Part shown: in pieces, positions 27,787 through 36,231 of the stretch
Layout: the number at the start of each line of letters is the position of its first letter
How positions within the stretch are numbered: the stretch's first letter is position 1
DNA from: Betaproteobacteria bacterium
Lineage (GTDB): Bacteria > Pseudomonadota > Gammaproteobacteria > Burkholderiales > SG8-41
Length of the DNA stretch: 64,000 nucleotides
NCBI GenBank assembly: GCA_900299145.1
Contig: OMIN01000152.1
Coordinates: 14,886-78,885 of the forward strand
Direction: 5' to 3'
The notes under the pieces: model-generated
What the model saw: the letters and a program-made list of their open reading frames with translations, nothing else
Database searches by the model: none
Told to the model about the DNA's origin: nothing
Program-made: the position numbers and the translations under genes

Positions 27787-27810
27787 CCGCACCCGGTGCT
27801 GCGGGTGCGG
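27787..27810. other. 9-bp perfect hairpin CCGCACCCG-gtgctg-CGGGTGCGG
   Basis: Read directly from the sequence. Lies downstream of the candidate selenoprotein stop. There is no clear U-tract on the minus strand, so its role as a terminator is uncertain. Confidence 0.4.
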
Positions 27811-27839
27811 TCTTTCCAGATGCGGATACGGATGCGGCG

Positions 27840-29594
27840 TTACGAGCGCTTGCCCGCCGCCGCCAGTTTCGCGTCCCAATCCTTCGGCAACTGAATCTTC
27901 TTCGCCGTCGGAAAACCCAGTACGCCATTGTGCGCGAACACATAAATGCTGTTGCGCGCCGGGTCGCCGGTGACGCAGGTGAGAAAATCTTCCGGCCGCC
28001 ACACCATCGGCACGAGCCGGTTCGGGTCGTCGGACTCGTGATCCACCTTGGGGATGTCGCCCTTGGCCACGGCCTCTTTCAGATTCCACAGCGGCTTTTG
28101 CGTCCAGTCGCGCTGGATGCGTTCCCACTGGTGCGCGGGCACGCGCGCCTGCTCCCACAATGCCTTTTGAAAATCGCGTTTGCTCCAGCCGGATGCGGCG
28201 ATCGTCTCCGCGATCAGCGGCGACAGCAGCAACTGCGGACGAAGTGAGTCGAGGCCCTGGCCGGTGGAGAACATCAGTTGCCATGAGTACTGGCGAACCA
28301 CCGCATCACTGATGTAGGGCATCAGCTCCTGCGCCGTTGCGCCCGACACCGACGAAATGTGATTGCCGCCAGTGTGGCGCGAAATCATCACCGTGCTGTC
28401 GTCGGGGTAAAAGCCGAAGTCGGCCGCGCTGTTGGTCCAGCCGAGTTTCTTTACCACGTCTTCGTTTTCCGCGACCACTACGCGCCAGGTGTTGCCAAAA
28501 GTCGCCTTGTCATTCTTGTGCGGCAGGAAGCCAGCGACATTGCGCAGATACAGCCGCCAAAAGCGCCCCACGGAGGTGTTGGCCTTGAAGCCGTCTCGCA
28601 TCACGCCTTGTGTGTAATTAAAACCAAGCTGTTTGATGATCGGACCGTTCAGCACAATCAGCGTTTCACCGCCCGGCGTATTGCCACTGTGCTCGACGCC
28701 ATAGCCGTGATCGGCCATGGCCTCGACCAGCGCCACCAGCACCGGCATGTATTCCGGCTTGCAGCCCGCCATGACGCCATTCACCGCAATGCTCCAGATG
28801 GTTGCCGCGCGGTTGTCCGGCAGGATGGTGCCAAGCGAATCGTCAGGCGCGCGATCCGTGAACTTGAGGAACGCTTCCACTTTCTCCACGGTCGGCGGCA
28901 CGATGGGCAGCCCATCCGACAGTTCGTTGTCGTAGAAATAATCGTTCACTTCATCGAAGCTGCCCTTGAACACCACGTCGCGTGCGCCGGGTTCGTTGTC
29001 CGTGCCCGCGCTCTTGGGCGGTTTCAAAAGATTGTCGATCACGTGATCCAGCGTCACGTCGAGCACGTTCTTGCGCAGCTGCTCCGTGCTCTGCACACCG
29101 GGGTGGCCGACCACTTTCGCCACCGGCAGATTGGGCATGCCCAACCCCTTTGAGGCCGCCGTGGCGAGCGTCATGAAGCCCTCGCCCACCAGCGTGGAGG
29201 ACGGAAAGCCGCCCATTTCACCCGATGCACTGGCCCGCAACACGGCGGGCGTGCAGGAGCCTCAACAGCCCATGCCGCTGATCACGGCATCGACGCCCGC
29301 CTCCTTGAACTTTTGCGGCAGCGCCGCCACGATGGCGCGCTCATCGCTGCCGTGCGTGGAGCCGAATTCCTTCCAGCTTACGAACTTAACGTCCGGGTAG
29401 CGCGCCTTGATGCCTTCCTCCAGAAACTCGAACACCTCGTCGCCACGGAACACCATGTCCCACACTTGTGCGATGGTTTTGCCGTTAAGTGTGTCTAGGC
29501 GCTTGGCGAGCGGTTTGATTTTGGATTGGCGCGGGCTGCGCGGCCACAATGCTTCACAGGCTTCGTAGCGGCCGTCGCTGGAGGAACTGGACAT
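27840..29594 (-). CDS. Candidate selenoprotein: UGSC-motif domain continuing into a ~470-aa domain of unknown function (TGA 29262-29264 read as Sec111)
   Basis: ORFs 29262..29669 and 27840..29243 share a frame, separated by TGA plus 6 sense codons. The junction reads GVDAVISGMGC-U-GSCTPAV. A SECIS-like hairpin follows. ATG 29594 has AAGGAG upstream. The downstream ORF has no SD or ATG of its own. Confidence 0.65.
29226..29255 (-). promoter_or_regulatory. SECIS-like stem-loop downstream of the in-frame UGA
   Basis: mRNA reads UGA GGCUCC UGCAC-GCCCGC [CGUGUU] GCGGGC-CA-GUGCA: 11 bp with a 2-nt bulge. The apical loop contains GU and starts 18 nt after the UGA. Confidence 0.5.
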
Positions 29595-29751
29595 GGCGGA
29601 CTCCTTGAATGGTGCGATGAGGGGAACAGGAAGAGCAGGAATTATCCCGCGAGCAAACCAGCGCGGCAACCGCGTTGCAACGCGATGTGGATTGCGCCAT
29701 AGCGCAATCCGGCGATAATCGCGGCTGATAAAAATTCAGGGAATGTAAATC

Positions 29752-30585
29752 ATGCTGATCTGCGATTCACAAGTCCACGTCTGGGGTGCCAACACGCCGG
29801 AGCGCCCGTGGCCCGCCCGCGCGCACGCACAACGCGAGATTCCGCTCGGCCACGAAGAACTGCTGCGCGAGATGGACGCCGCCGGTGTCGAGCGGCTGGT
29901 GATCGTGCCGCCCTCGTGGGAGGGCGACCGCAACGATCTCGCGTTTGCGGCGGTGAAGGCGAATCCGAACCGGTTCGCCATCATGGGGCGCTTCAACCCG
30001 GAAGCGCCGGACGCCAAACAAACCATCAAGGGCTGGCGCGATCAGCCAGGCATGCTCGGCATGCGCTTCACATTTCACATTCCCGTGCTGCAACAGCCGC
30101 TGATCGACGGCAAATTCGATTGGGTGTGGGCCGAAGCTCAAGCGCAGGGCATCGTCATGATGATCCTCGTGCCGCAGCACATGGTCGAAGTCATTGACCG
30201 CGTGGCCGAGCGCTACCCAAAACTCAAAATCGTGATGGATCACATGGCGCTCACCAGCGGCAAACCGTTCGACGAGACCTTCCGCGATTTCGACAAACTG
30301 CTGCCGATTGCCAAACGCCCCAATGTCGCGGTCAAGGCTACCGCGCTGCCGTGCTATTCCGCCGAGCCGTACCCGTTCACGCGCGTGCAGGCTTACGCGC
30401 GTAAGGCGTACGAGGCATTCGGGGGCAAGCGAACATTCTGGGGCAGTGATCTGTCGCGCTCGCCGGTACCGTACCGTGAGCAGATTGATATGTGGCTGAA
30501 AGACGCGCCGTGGCTCAAGGCAGAGGACAAGGAATGGGTAATGGGGCGCGGCATTTGCGAATGGCTGGGATGGAAAATTCCGTAA
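29752..30585 (+). CDS. Amidohydrolase-2-family protein
   Basis: MLICDSQVHVW start and the DHMA motif typical of the metal-dependent amidohydrolase_2 family. The TAA stop lies in AT-element copy 10. Confidence 0.8.
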   Translation: MLICDSQVHVWGANTPERPWPARAHAQREIPLGHEELLREMDAAGVERLVIVPPSWEGDRNDLAFAAVKANPNRFAIMGRFNPEAPDAKQTIKGWRDQPGMLGMRFTFHIPVLQQPLIDGKFDWVWAEAQAQGIVMMILVPQHMVEVIDRVAERYPKLKIVMDHMALTSGKPFDETFRDFDKLLPIAKRPNVAVKATALPCYSAEPYPFTRVQAYARKAYEAFGGKRTFWGSDLSRSPVPYREQIDMWLKDAPWLKAEDKEWVMGRGICEWLGWKIP

Positions 30586-30610
30586 AAAATACAATAAAAA
30601 CAGATAGTTA
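30583..30610 (-). repeat. AT-rich element, copy 10
   Basis: TAAAAAATACAATAAAAACAGATAGTTA. Its first TAA is the amidohydrolase stop codon. Confidence 0.8.
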
Positions 30611-30631
30611 TGATCGACTATCGACTATCGC

Positions 30632-30844
30632 TTATCGACGGGCGGCATTGCGCCGGCTGCGCCACCAAAGGTACCCCGCGCCCAACGCCAATGGCACGCC
30701 CAAGGCACCCGCCGCCATCGGGATGATGCCTGCCATTTCATCAAACGCGCGGCGGCCCGCCACGGTATTGAGGCCCCAGTAAGCAAAAATTTCGCAAGCG
30801 ATGGCAGCGGCAACGAGCGTGATGGCGGCAACTCGCATACTCAA
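30632..30844 (-). CDS. Small membrane protein (70 aa, 2-3 TM)
   Basis: Hydrophobic ORF whose ATG overlaps the upstream stop (ATGA). No family recognised. Confidence 0.45.
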   Translation of the reverse strand: MSMRVAAITLVAAAIACEIFAYWGLNTVAGRRAFDEMAGIIPMAAGALGVPLALGAGYLWWRSRRNAARR

Positions 30845-31212
30845 GTGGATTGCCCCTTATCGCCGTCCGTGCTTTTTTTCTTCGATCCGCCCCAGCTGCC
30901 GCAATCACCCACGCCGGAGCAGTTGACGCAATCGATGCCGTCACAAGGGATATCGCAGCCGTCGCAAAAACCGGCCTGACTGTGCAAATGTAAATGCATC
31001 TGCCGGTGCTCGCGGTGCGCATCAGCGCAGCGTGTCAGGCGCGCGCGCAGGACTGCCATGCCGCGCAATGCGCCATAACGGCGGATCGCGCGAAAGCCCA
31101 GCCGAGAGCAACTGGCGTGGCCGGTGTAAACCCGATACGCGCACGAAAAGCCCTTGAGCGGCGAGATCCAGCGCCGGTAAAACGCAATGGCCAGCAGCAT
31201 GGCCGATTTCAT
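30841..31212 (-). CDS. YidD-like (DUF37) protein with a Cys-rich C-terminal extension
   Basis: AIAFYRRWISPLKGFSCAY..GHASCS resembles YidD (YQ.fISP....CRF.P.CS). Tail reads CDGCDIPCDGIDCVNCSGVGDC. Start taken at ATG 31212 (MKSAMLL). Confidence 0.55.
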   Translation of the reverse strand: MKSAMLLAIAFYRRWISPLKGFSCAYRVYTGHASCSRLGFRAIRRYGALRGMAVLRARLTRCADAHREHRQMHLHLHSQAGFCDGCDIPCDGIDCVNCSGVGDCGSWGGSKKKSTDGDKGQST

Positions 31213-31214
31213 GC

Positions 31215-31715
31215 TCAGCCCCCTTTCTTGTCGGCCAGCGCGGTCAGCGCTTCGCCGGTCACGCGCACGATACGCCACTCCGGCATAACTGTCGCGCCCA
31301 GGCCTTCGTAGAACGCAATCGCCGGTGCGTTCCAGTCAAGCACCGACCATTCAAACCGCCCGCAGCCGCGTTCCACCGCGATGCGCGCGAGGTGGATCAA
31401 CAGTGCGCGCCCGATGCCGCGTCGGCGAAAGGCGGGCTTCACGTAAACGTCTTCAAGATACAGCCCCTTGCGGCCAAGAAAGGTTGAGTAGTTGTGAAAA
31501 TACAGTGCGAAGGCGACGGGGGTGTCGTCCATCAGCGCAGTGATGGCTTCGGTGATGGGGCGCTCACCAAAGAGTTCCTTTTCCAGATCCGCTATCGTGC
31601 CCTTGACCAAGTGTTCGAGTTTTTCGAATTGCGCCAGCTCGCGGATCATGGCGTGGATGGCGGGGGTGTGGTGGCGTTGGGCGGGGGTGATGATGAAGGA
31701 GGCTTGTGTGTTCAT
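31215..31715 (-). CDS. GNAT-family N-acetyltransferase
   Basis: Acetyl-CoA-binding motif VKPAFRRRGIGRALL. 166 aa. Confidence 0.85.
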   Translation of the reverse strand: MNTQASFIITPAQRHHTPAIHAMIRELAQFEKLEHLVKGTIADLEKELFGERPITEAITALMDDTPVAFALYFHNYSTFLGRKGLYLEDVYVKPAFRRRGIGRALLIHLARIAVERGCGRFEWSVLDWNAPAIAFYEGLGATVMPEWRIVRVTGEALTALADKKGG

Positions 31716-31773
31716 AGTGGCTGCAGTTGACGTGTTGCAGACAATAGTTGCATCGGTGCATCAATACCAGTTC

Positions 31774-31854
31774 TGTCATTCCCGCGAAAGCGGTAATCCA
31801 TAACACATTGGCAGAGGGCACATCGTATAGATTCCCGCTTTCGCGGGAATGACA
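31774..31854. repeat. REPIN-type element
   Basis: TGTCATTCCCGCGAAAGCGGTAATCCATA ... TATAGATTCCCGCTTTCGCGGGAATGACA. Confidence 0.85.
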
Positions 31855-31934
31855 AGGAAAGATCGATGCAAAGTTGTTGCTGTGTCATAGGATACGATTG
31901 GCGAGCGATGCTTTTGCACCAATGCTCTTGCGTC

Positions 31935-33698
31935 CTACAGGGCCGCTTTGTCGAGCGGCACCCGAATCTCACACATAACTCCGCCCCCCTCCAAATTCCG
32001 CGCCGAAGCTCTACCCCCATGAAACTCCGCAATCAACCGCACAATATAGAGCCCCAACCCCAAATGCGGATTCTCGCCGCTGGCCTCCTTACGCACGGAA
32101 ATCATCGAATCAAACAATCGGTCGGCAATCTCCGGCGGCAGCGGCGGGCCGCTATTGCTGAACTGCAGCACGGCCTCGTTGCCTTCGCGTTGCAGGCTGA
32201 TGGCGATGGGCGTGCCCGGCGTAGCGAAGTCGGCGGCGTTGGCGGCGAGTTTGTCTAACATTTGCGCGAACAGGTCGGGTGCACCGGTTAGCGTGACCGG
32301 CTGTTCGGTCATCGTCAGCTCGAACTGGCATTGCGGATAAGCGCCACCGCCGTTGCTACCATAGCCGCTGACGCAGCCCGCGAGCACAGCCTTGGCGTCG
32401 AACGGTGTGCGTTCTTCGTTGCGCACGGCCTGTTCGAGGCGCGTAGCTTCGGCCATGCGGGTGAGAATGGTTTCGAGCCGGTTGAGCCCGCCCTCGGCGC
32501 GCTCCACGTACACGCTGACGTCCTGCGGCATGTTGTGCAGTTTGACGTTGTCGAGTGAGGAGCGTACCACCGCAATGGGTGTGCGCAGTTCGTGGCTTAA
32601 ACGTTGCGCGAGTTTTTCGAGATGGGCGTTGTATTGCGCGAGCCGTTCCAGCATGGTGGAGAACGCGCGCGACAGGTCGCCGATTTCGTCGTTGGCGTTT
32701 TCGGCGGTGGCGAGGCCCTGTATGCGGCCTTGCGAATCGATGGCGTTTTCGGCCTCGTCGCGCAGCCGCCGCAGCCGTGTGCTCACGCGCGAGGCGAACA
32801 GCAGCAGCACCAGCGCCGCCGCGGCAAACGCGATCAGTGTCACCGCCGCCAGTTGTTGAAACGCGCGGTTGCCGAGCGAAACAATCGCATCGGTGTTTTC
32901 CTCGACCACCACCGCGCCGACGACTTTGTCACCGACCCACACCGGATGCACGGCCGATAGAATGACGTTGCGCCCCTGCGGTCCGGCGCGGCGCCGCAGA
33001 CCCGGCGTGCCGTCGAGCGCGCGTTCGAGTTCGCGGCCGCCGAACACCACGTCGTTGGGGATGAATTCTTCTTCGGGATGCGCGGGCGGCGGGAACATGC
33101 GTTTGAACAGCGGCTCAAGCGCAATGTTCACCACTTTTTCCAGCGGGCCAAAACTCACGGCGCTGCCACTGTATTTTTGCTTGTTGTCGAGATTGCCTGC
33201 GGTGGCCACCAGTTGCAGCTTGGTGTCGATCACCCAAATACGCAGACCCGCGCGTGCGAGACCGGTGACGATGACTCGAATTTCGTCGGTGACTTTGGTG
33301 GCGGGTGGCGCGGGCTCCGGCGGTGCTGGAGGTGCGAGGGGTTTAGGAGGTTCCAACTCGCCGGTGTGCTCGGCTTCGGCTGCGGTGGGGATTGGGGTGG
33401 TTACTTGTAATTCTTTGATTTCATTTATCTTTTTTGATGGGCCCTGCAGTTCCAATAATCGGGGCCGATCCTGCAACGCGGTGGCGATGCCGCGCGCTGC
33501 GGCAATCACTTGCTGCTCCTGATTTTCGCGCAGCAGTTTTTCCATCGCCTTCACATAGGTGTAACCCACCCAGGGGATGACCAGCAGCACCAGCGCCACT
33601 AACACCACTTGCCCGTGCAGGCCGAAGAGGCGGGGGAGGCGCGGCAGGCGAGAGGATTTTTTTGTGGACACGGATTGGGTTGGCGGCATATTCATCAA
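31935..33698 (-). CDS. Sensor histidine kinase
   Basis: N-terminal TM, a second TM, H-box SHELRTPIAV, N/G boxes and a C-terminal HATPase domain. Contains a diverged in-frame AT-element copy (11). Confidence 0.85.
   Translation of the reverse strand: MMNMPPTQSVSTKKSSRLPRLPRLFGLHGQVVLVALVLLVIPWVGYTYVKAMEKLLRENQEQQVIAAARGIATALQDRPRLLELQGPSKKINEIKELQVTTPIPTAAEAEHTGELEPPKPLAPPAPPEPAPPATKVTDEIRVIVTGLARAGLRIWVIDTKLQLVATAGNLDNKQKYSGSAVSFGPLEKVVNIALEPLFKRMFPPPAHPEEEFIPNDVVFGGRELERALDGTPGLRRRAGPQGRNVILSAVHPVWVGDKVVGAVVVEENTDAIVSLGNRAFQQLAAVTLIAFAAAALVLLLFASRVSTRLRRLRDEAENAIDSQGRIQGLATAENANDEIGDLSRAFSTMLERLAQYNAHLEKLAQRLSHELRTPIAVVRSSLDNVKLHNMPQDVSVYVERAEGGLNRLETILTRMAEATRLEQAVRNEERTPFDAKAVLAGCVSGYGSNGGGAYPQCQFELTMTEQPVTLTGAPDLFAQMLDKLAANAADFATPGTPIAISLQREGNEAVLQFSNSGPPLPPEIADRLFDSMISVRKEASGENPHLGLGLYIVRLIAEFHGGRASARNLEGGGVMCEIRVPLDKAAL
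33408..33436 (+). repeat. AT-rich element, copy 11 (diverged, inside the histidine kinase CDS)
   Basis: TAATTCTTTGATTTCATTTATCTTTTTTG aligns best with copy 3. Encodes KKINEIKEL on the gene strand. Confidence 0.5.
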
Positions 33699-33738
33699 CG
33701 AAGTCGTGAATAACTACGTCACGTCATCAACCACCAGC

Positions 33739-33847
33739 GTCATTCCAGCGAAAGCTGGAATCCAGTGCGTACGTTGATGCGGAGCATCTGAAATACGAAT
33801 CCTTCGGATTGGGCTACGACCTGGATACCAGCTTTCGCTGGTATGAC
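33739..33847. repeat. REPIN-type element (CCAGC variant) between the response regulator and kinase genes
   Basis: GTCATTCCAGCGAAAGCTGGAATCC ... GGATACCAGCTTTCGCTGGTATGAC. Confidence 0.8.
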
Positions 33848-33871
33848 GGGGGTGGGGAAGCTCTCGCGGTC

Positions 33872-34567
33872 TCACGCCGCCGCCCGCCACCGATACCCCA
33901 GCCCATACACCGTATCGATGCAGTCAAACGCCGCATCCACCGCGACAAACTTGCGCCGAATGCGCTTGATGTGCGAGGTAATCGTGCTGTCGTCGACGAC
34001 GATGTGCACCTCGCCCATCAGTTGCTCGCGGTTCTTAACGTGGCCGGGAAACTTAGCGAGTGCGTGCACCATCCAGAATTCCGTGAGCGTGAGTTCGACT
34101 TCGCGGCTGTTCCACGACACGGTAAAGCGCTGCAGATCCAGCTGCAGTGGCCCGCGCGTGAGCAGGTCTTCGCTGGGTGCGGGCTGTTGCGCGAGATCGG
34201 CGCGGCGAAACAGGGCGGACACGCGCGCCAGCAGATGCGGCAGGCTCATGTTCTTGGTGACGTAATCGTCGGCGCCCATGCGCAGGCCCGACACGGTGTC
34301 GAAATCGCTGTCGCGCGCCGTCAGGAAAATAATCGGCAGCGTACCCGAAAGCGCGCGCAGCTCACGGCACAGCGCAAAACCGCCGTCCACCTCGTCGCCG
34401 AGGCCAATGTCTAGCAGCACCAGATCGGGCAGGCGCGTGCGCATCGCCGCCAGCGCTTCGGGGCGGTTGGCGTGTTGAATGACGTCGTAGCCGTGCTTTT
34501 TCAGCACGTCGGCGTAGTTGGCGCGAATGACGGGATCGTCTTCGACAATGGCGATGCGGCGTGGCAT
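33872..34567 (-). CDS. OmpR-family response regulator
   Basis: Receiver domain (IAIVEDDP, LLDIGLGDE), winged-helix C-terminus ending in GLGYRW. ATG 34567 has AGGAG upstream. Confidence 0.9.
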   Translation of the reverse strand: MPRRIAIVEDDPVIRANYADVLKKHGYDVIQHANRPEALAAMRTRLPDLVLLDIGLGDEVDGGFALCRELRALSGTLPIIFLTARDSDFDTVSGLRMGADDYVTKNMSLPHLLARVSALFRRADLAQQPAPSEDLLTRGPLQLDLQRFTVSWNSREVELTLTEFWMVHALAKFPGHVKNREQLMGEVHIVVDDSTITSHIKRIRRKFVAVDAAFDCIDTVYGLGYRWRAAA

Positions 34568-34756
34568 GGGAACTCCTGACTCAATGCGGCGGACTATACC
34601 GCAATCGTCCGGCCAACCAGCCCCGGAAGCCCGGCTGCCTTTTTGTTGCCACAATTGATCAGCGCCCTGCCCGAATCGCGCCCCCACCGCGCCAGCGTTG
34701 CCCCGTTTAATGCTCACGTGCCCCAATCAAACTCACCCAGGAACACAGGAGCAAGC

Positions 34757-34906
34757 ATGAAAATCAAGGTAAAGCCGGCCGTATTCGCAGCCGACAAAAT
34801 CGCTGGCGATATGGTGTGGCTGACCGCTCAGGCACTGATTGCGGGCATTGCCGCCGCGGCGCTGTTGTCCGGCGTGGTGGCATTTCTGGCGGGGGTGGCG
34901 TCATGA
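34757..34906 (+). CDS. Small membrane protein (49 aa)
   Basis: AGGAG lies 6 nt upstream of the ATG. One C-terminal TM. The stop overlaps the CreD-like start (ATGA). Confidence 0.45.
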   Translation: MKIKVKPAVFAADKIAGDMVWLTAQALIAGIAAAALLSGVVAFLAGVAS

Positions 34907-36192
34907 TCCGACGCCTCTTCGCCATCGGCTTTATTTTCTTTTGCGTGTCGATTGCGTGGATGGTGCTCGCGGGTGCGACCTCAACCCGAACGCACTCGGC
35001 GGATTCGAGTCTGAAGTCGCGCGTGTCGCAATTGTGGGGCGCGCCACAGGCGCAGTTGCCGCCGCACATCAGTACCGAGGAAAAAATCCGCCGTAAAGTG
35101 GAAAGCACGGAGAACGGCAACAAGGTCGAGAAAATCGTCGATGACGTGATTGTCCGACCCATCGCCCTGGATTCGAGCGACATCAAAGTTGATCTTAAAC
35201 TCGATCATCGGCAAAAAGGCCTGCTGTGGTATTCCACCTATGCCGTGACGTTTGACGCGACGTACGCGTTTGCCAATGCGGAGAACGTGCCGCGCGAGAT
35301 CAAGGTGGCGCTGCCGTTTCCAGCTGAGCGTGCGGTGTTCGACGATCTGCGCTTTGATCTGGAAGGCGCGACCTGGTTGTCACCACCCACGCCGGGCGAC
35401 GGCAAAATCATCGGATGGACGCGGCTGGCGCCCGGCGAGAAGGCGACGCTGCGCGTGCGCTATCGCAGTCAAGGTCTGGATCGCTGGGCGTATAAATTCG
35501 GCAGCGGCGTGTCGGAAGTCAAAAATTTCAAACTCGCCATGCGCACGGATTTCGAGGCGATTGATTTCCCGGAAGAGGCGATTTCGCCCACCGCCAAACA
35601 GCGTGACGGCAACGGTTGGGCGCTGACTTGGGAATACCGCCGTTTAGTTTCCGGCGTCAACATCGCCATGGCCATGCCGGAAAAATTGCAGCCCGGCCCG
35701 CTCGCCAGTCAGATTTCGCTGTTCGCGCCGGTGTCGCTGTTTTTCTTCATCGTTGTATTGCTGACCATTGGCGTGGTTCGCAATGTTGATATACACCCGA
35801 TGCACTTCTTCTTTGTGGCGGCGGCGTTCTTCGCGTTTCACTTGCTGTTTGCGTATCTGGCCGATCAGGTTTCCATTCACCTGGCGTTTGGTGTCGCGGC
35901 GGCAGTGTCGATGCTGCTCACCATCAGCTATCTGCGCATTGTGTTCGGCGCGGCGTTTGCCTTCCTTGCTGCCGGCACTGCGCAGTTGGTCTATCTGGTA
36001 TTGTTCTCGTATGCGTTTTTCTTCAAGGGATTGACCGGCTTGGCGATCACCATCGGCGCGATCGCAACGCTGTTCGTGTTGATGCAAGTTACGGCGCGGG
36101 TGAACTGGAACATGGTGTTTGCCGGGCGAAATGCACGCACAATTGCGCCGGAAATACCCGCAGCGCCGGAATCACCTGAGCCAGTGTCTTAA
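34903..36192 (+). CDS. CreD-like inner-membrane protein
   Basis: N-terminal TM, a large periplasmic domain and a C-terminal TM bundle. IHPMHFFFVAAAFFAFHLLFAYLADQ parallels E. coli CreD LHPMQYLLVGLSLVMFYLLL as I remember it. Confidence 0.7.
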   Translation: MIRRLFAIGFIFFCVSIAWMVLAGATSTRTHSADSSLKSRVSQLWGAPQAQLPPHISTEEKIRRKVESTENGNKVEKIVDDVIVRPIALDSSDIKVDLKLDHRQKGLLWYSTYAVTFDATYAFANAENVPREIKVALPFPAERAVFDDLRFDLEGATWLSPPTPGDGKIIGWTRLAPGEKATLRVRYRSQGLDRWAYKFGSGVSEVKNFKLAMRTDFEAIDFPEEAISPTAKQRDGNGWALTWEYRRLVSGVNIAMAMPEKLQPGPLASQISLFAPVSLFFFIVVLLTIGVVRNVDIHPMHFFFVAAAFFAFHLLFAYLADQVSIHLAFGVAAAVSMLLTISYLRIVFGAAFAFLAAGTAQLVYLVLFSYAFFFKGLTGLAITIGAIATLFVLMQVTARVNWNMVFAGRNARTIAPEIPAAPESPEPVS

Positions 36193-36218
36193 AAATTACA
36201 TAAAAAAACAAAGAGTTA
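36190..36218 (-). repeat. AT-rich element, copy 12
   Basis: TAAAAATTACATAAAAAAACAAAGAGTTA. Its TAA is the CreD-like stop codon. It forms the spacer before the A2M gene. Confidence 0.65.
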
Positions 36219-36231
36219 AGAAGGAATTGCC

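Noticed and set aside
34568-34756. CreB-type cre-tag (TTCAC-N6-TTCAC) in the divergent promoter region next to the CreD-like operon.
   Set aside because: Only CTCAC-N15-CTCAC is present. The spacing and sequence do not fit, and the two-component system does not look specifically CreBC-like.
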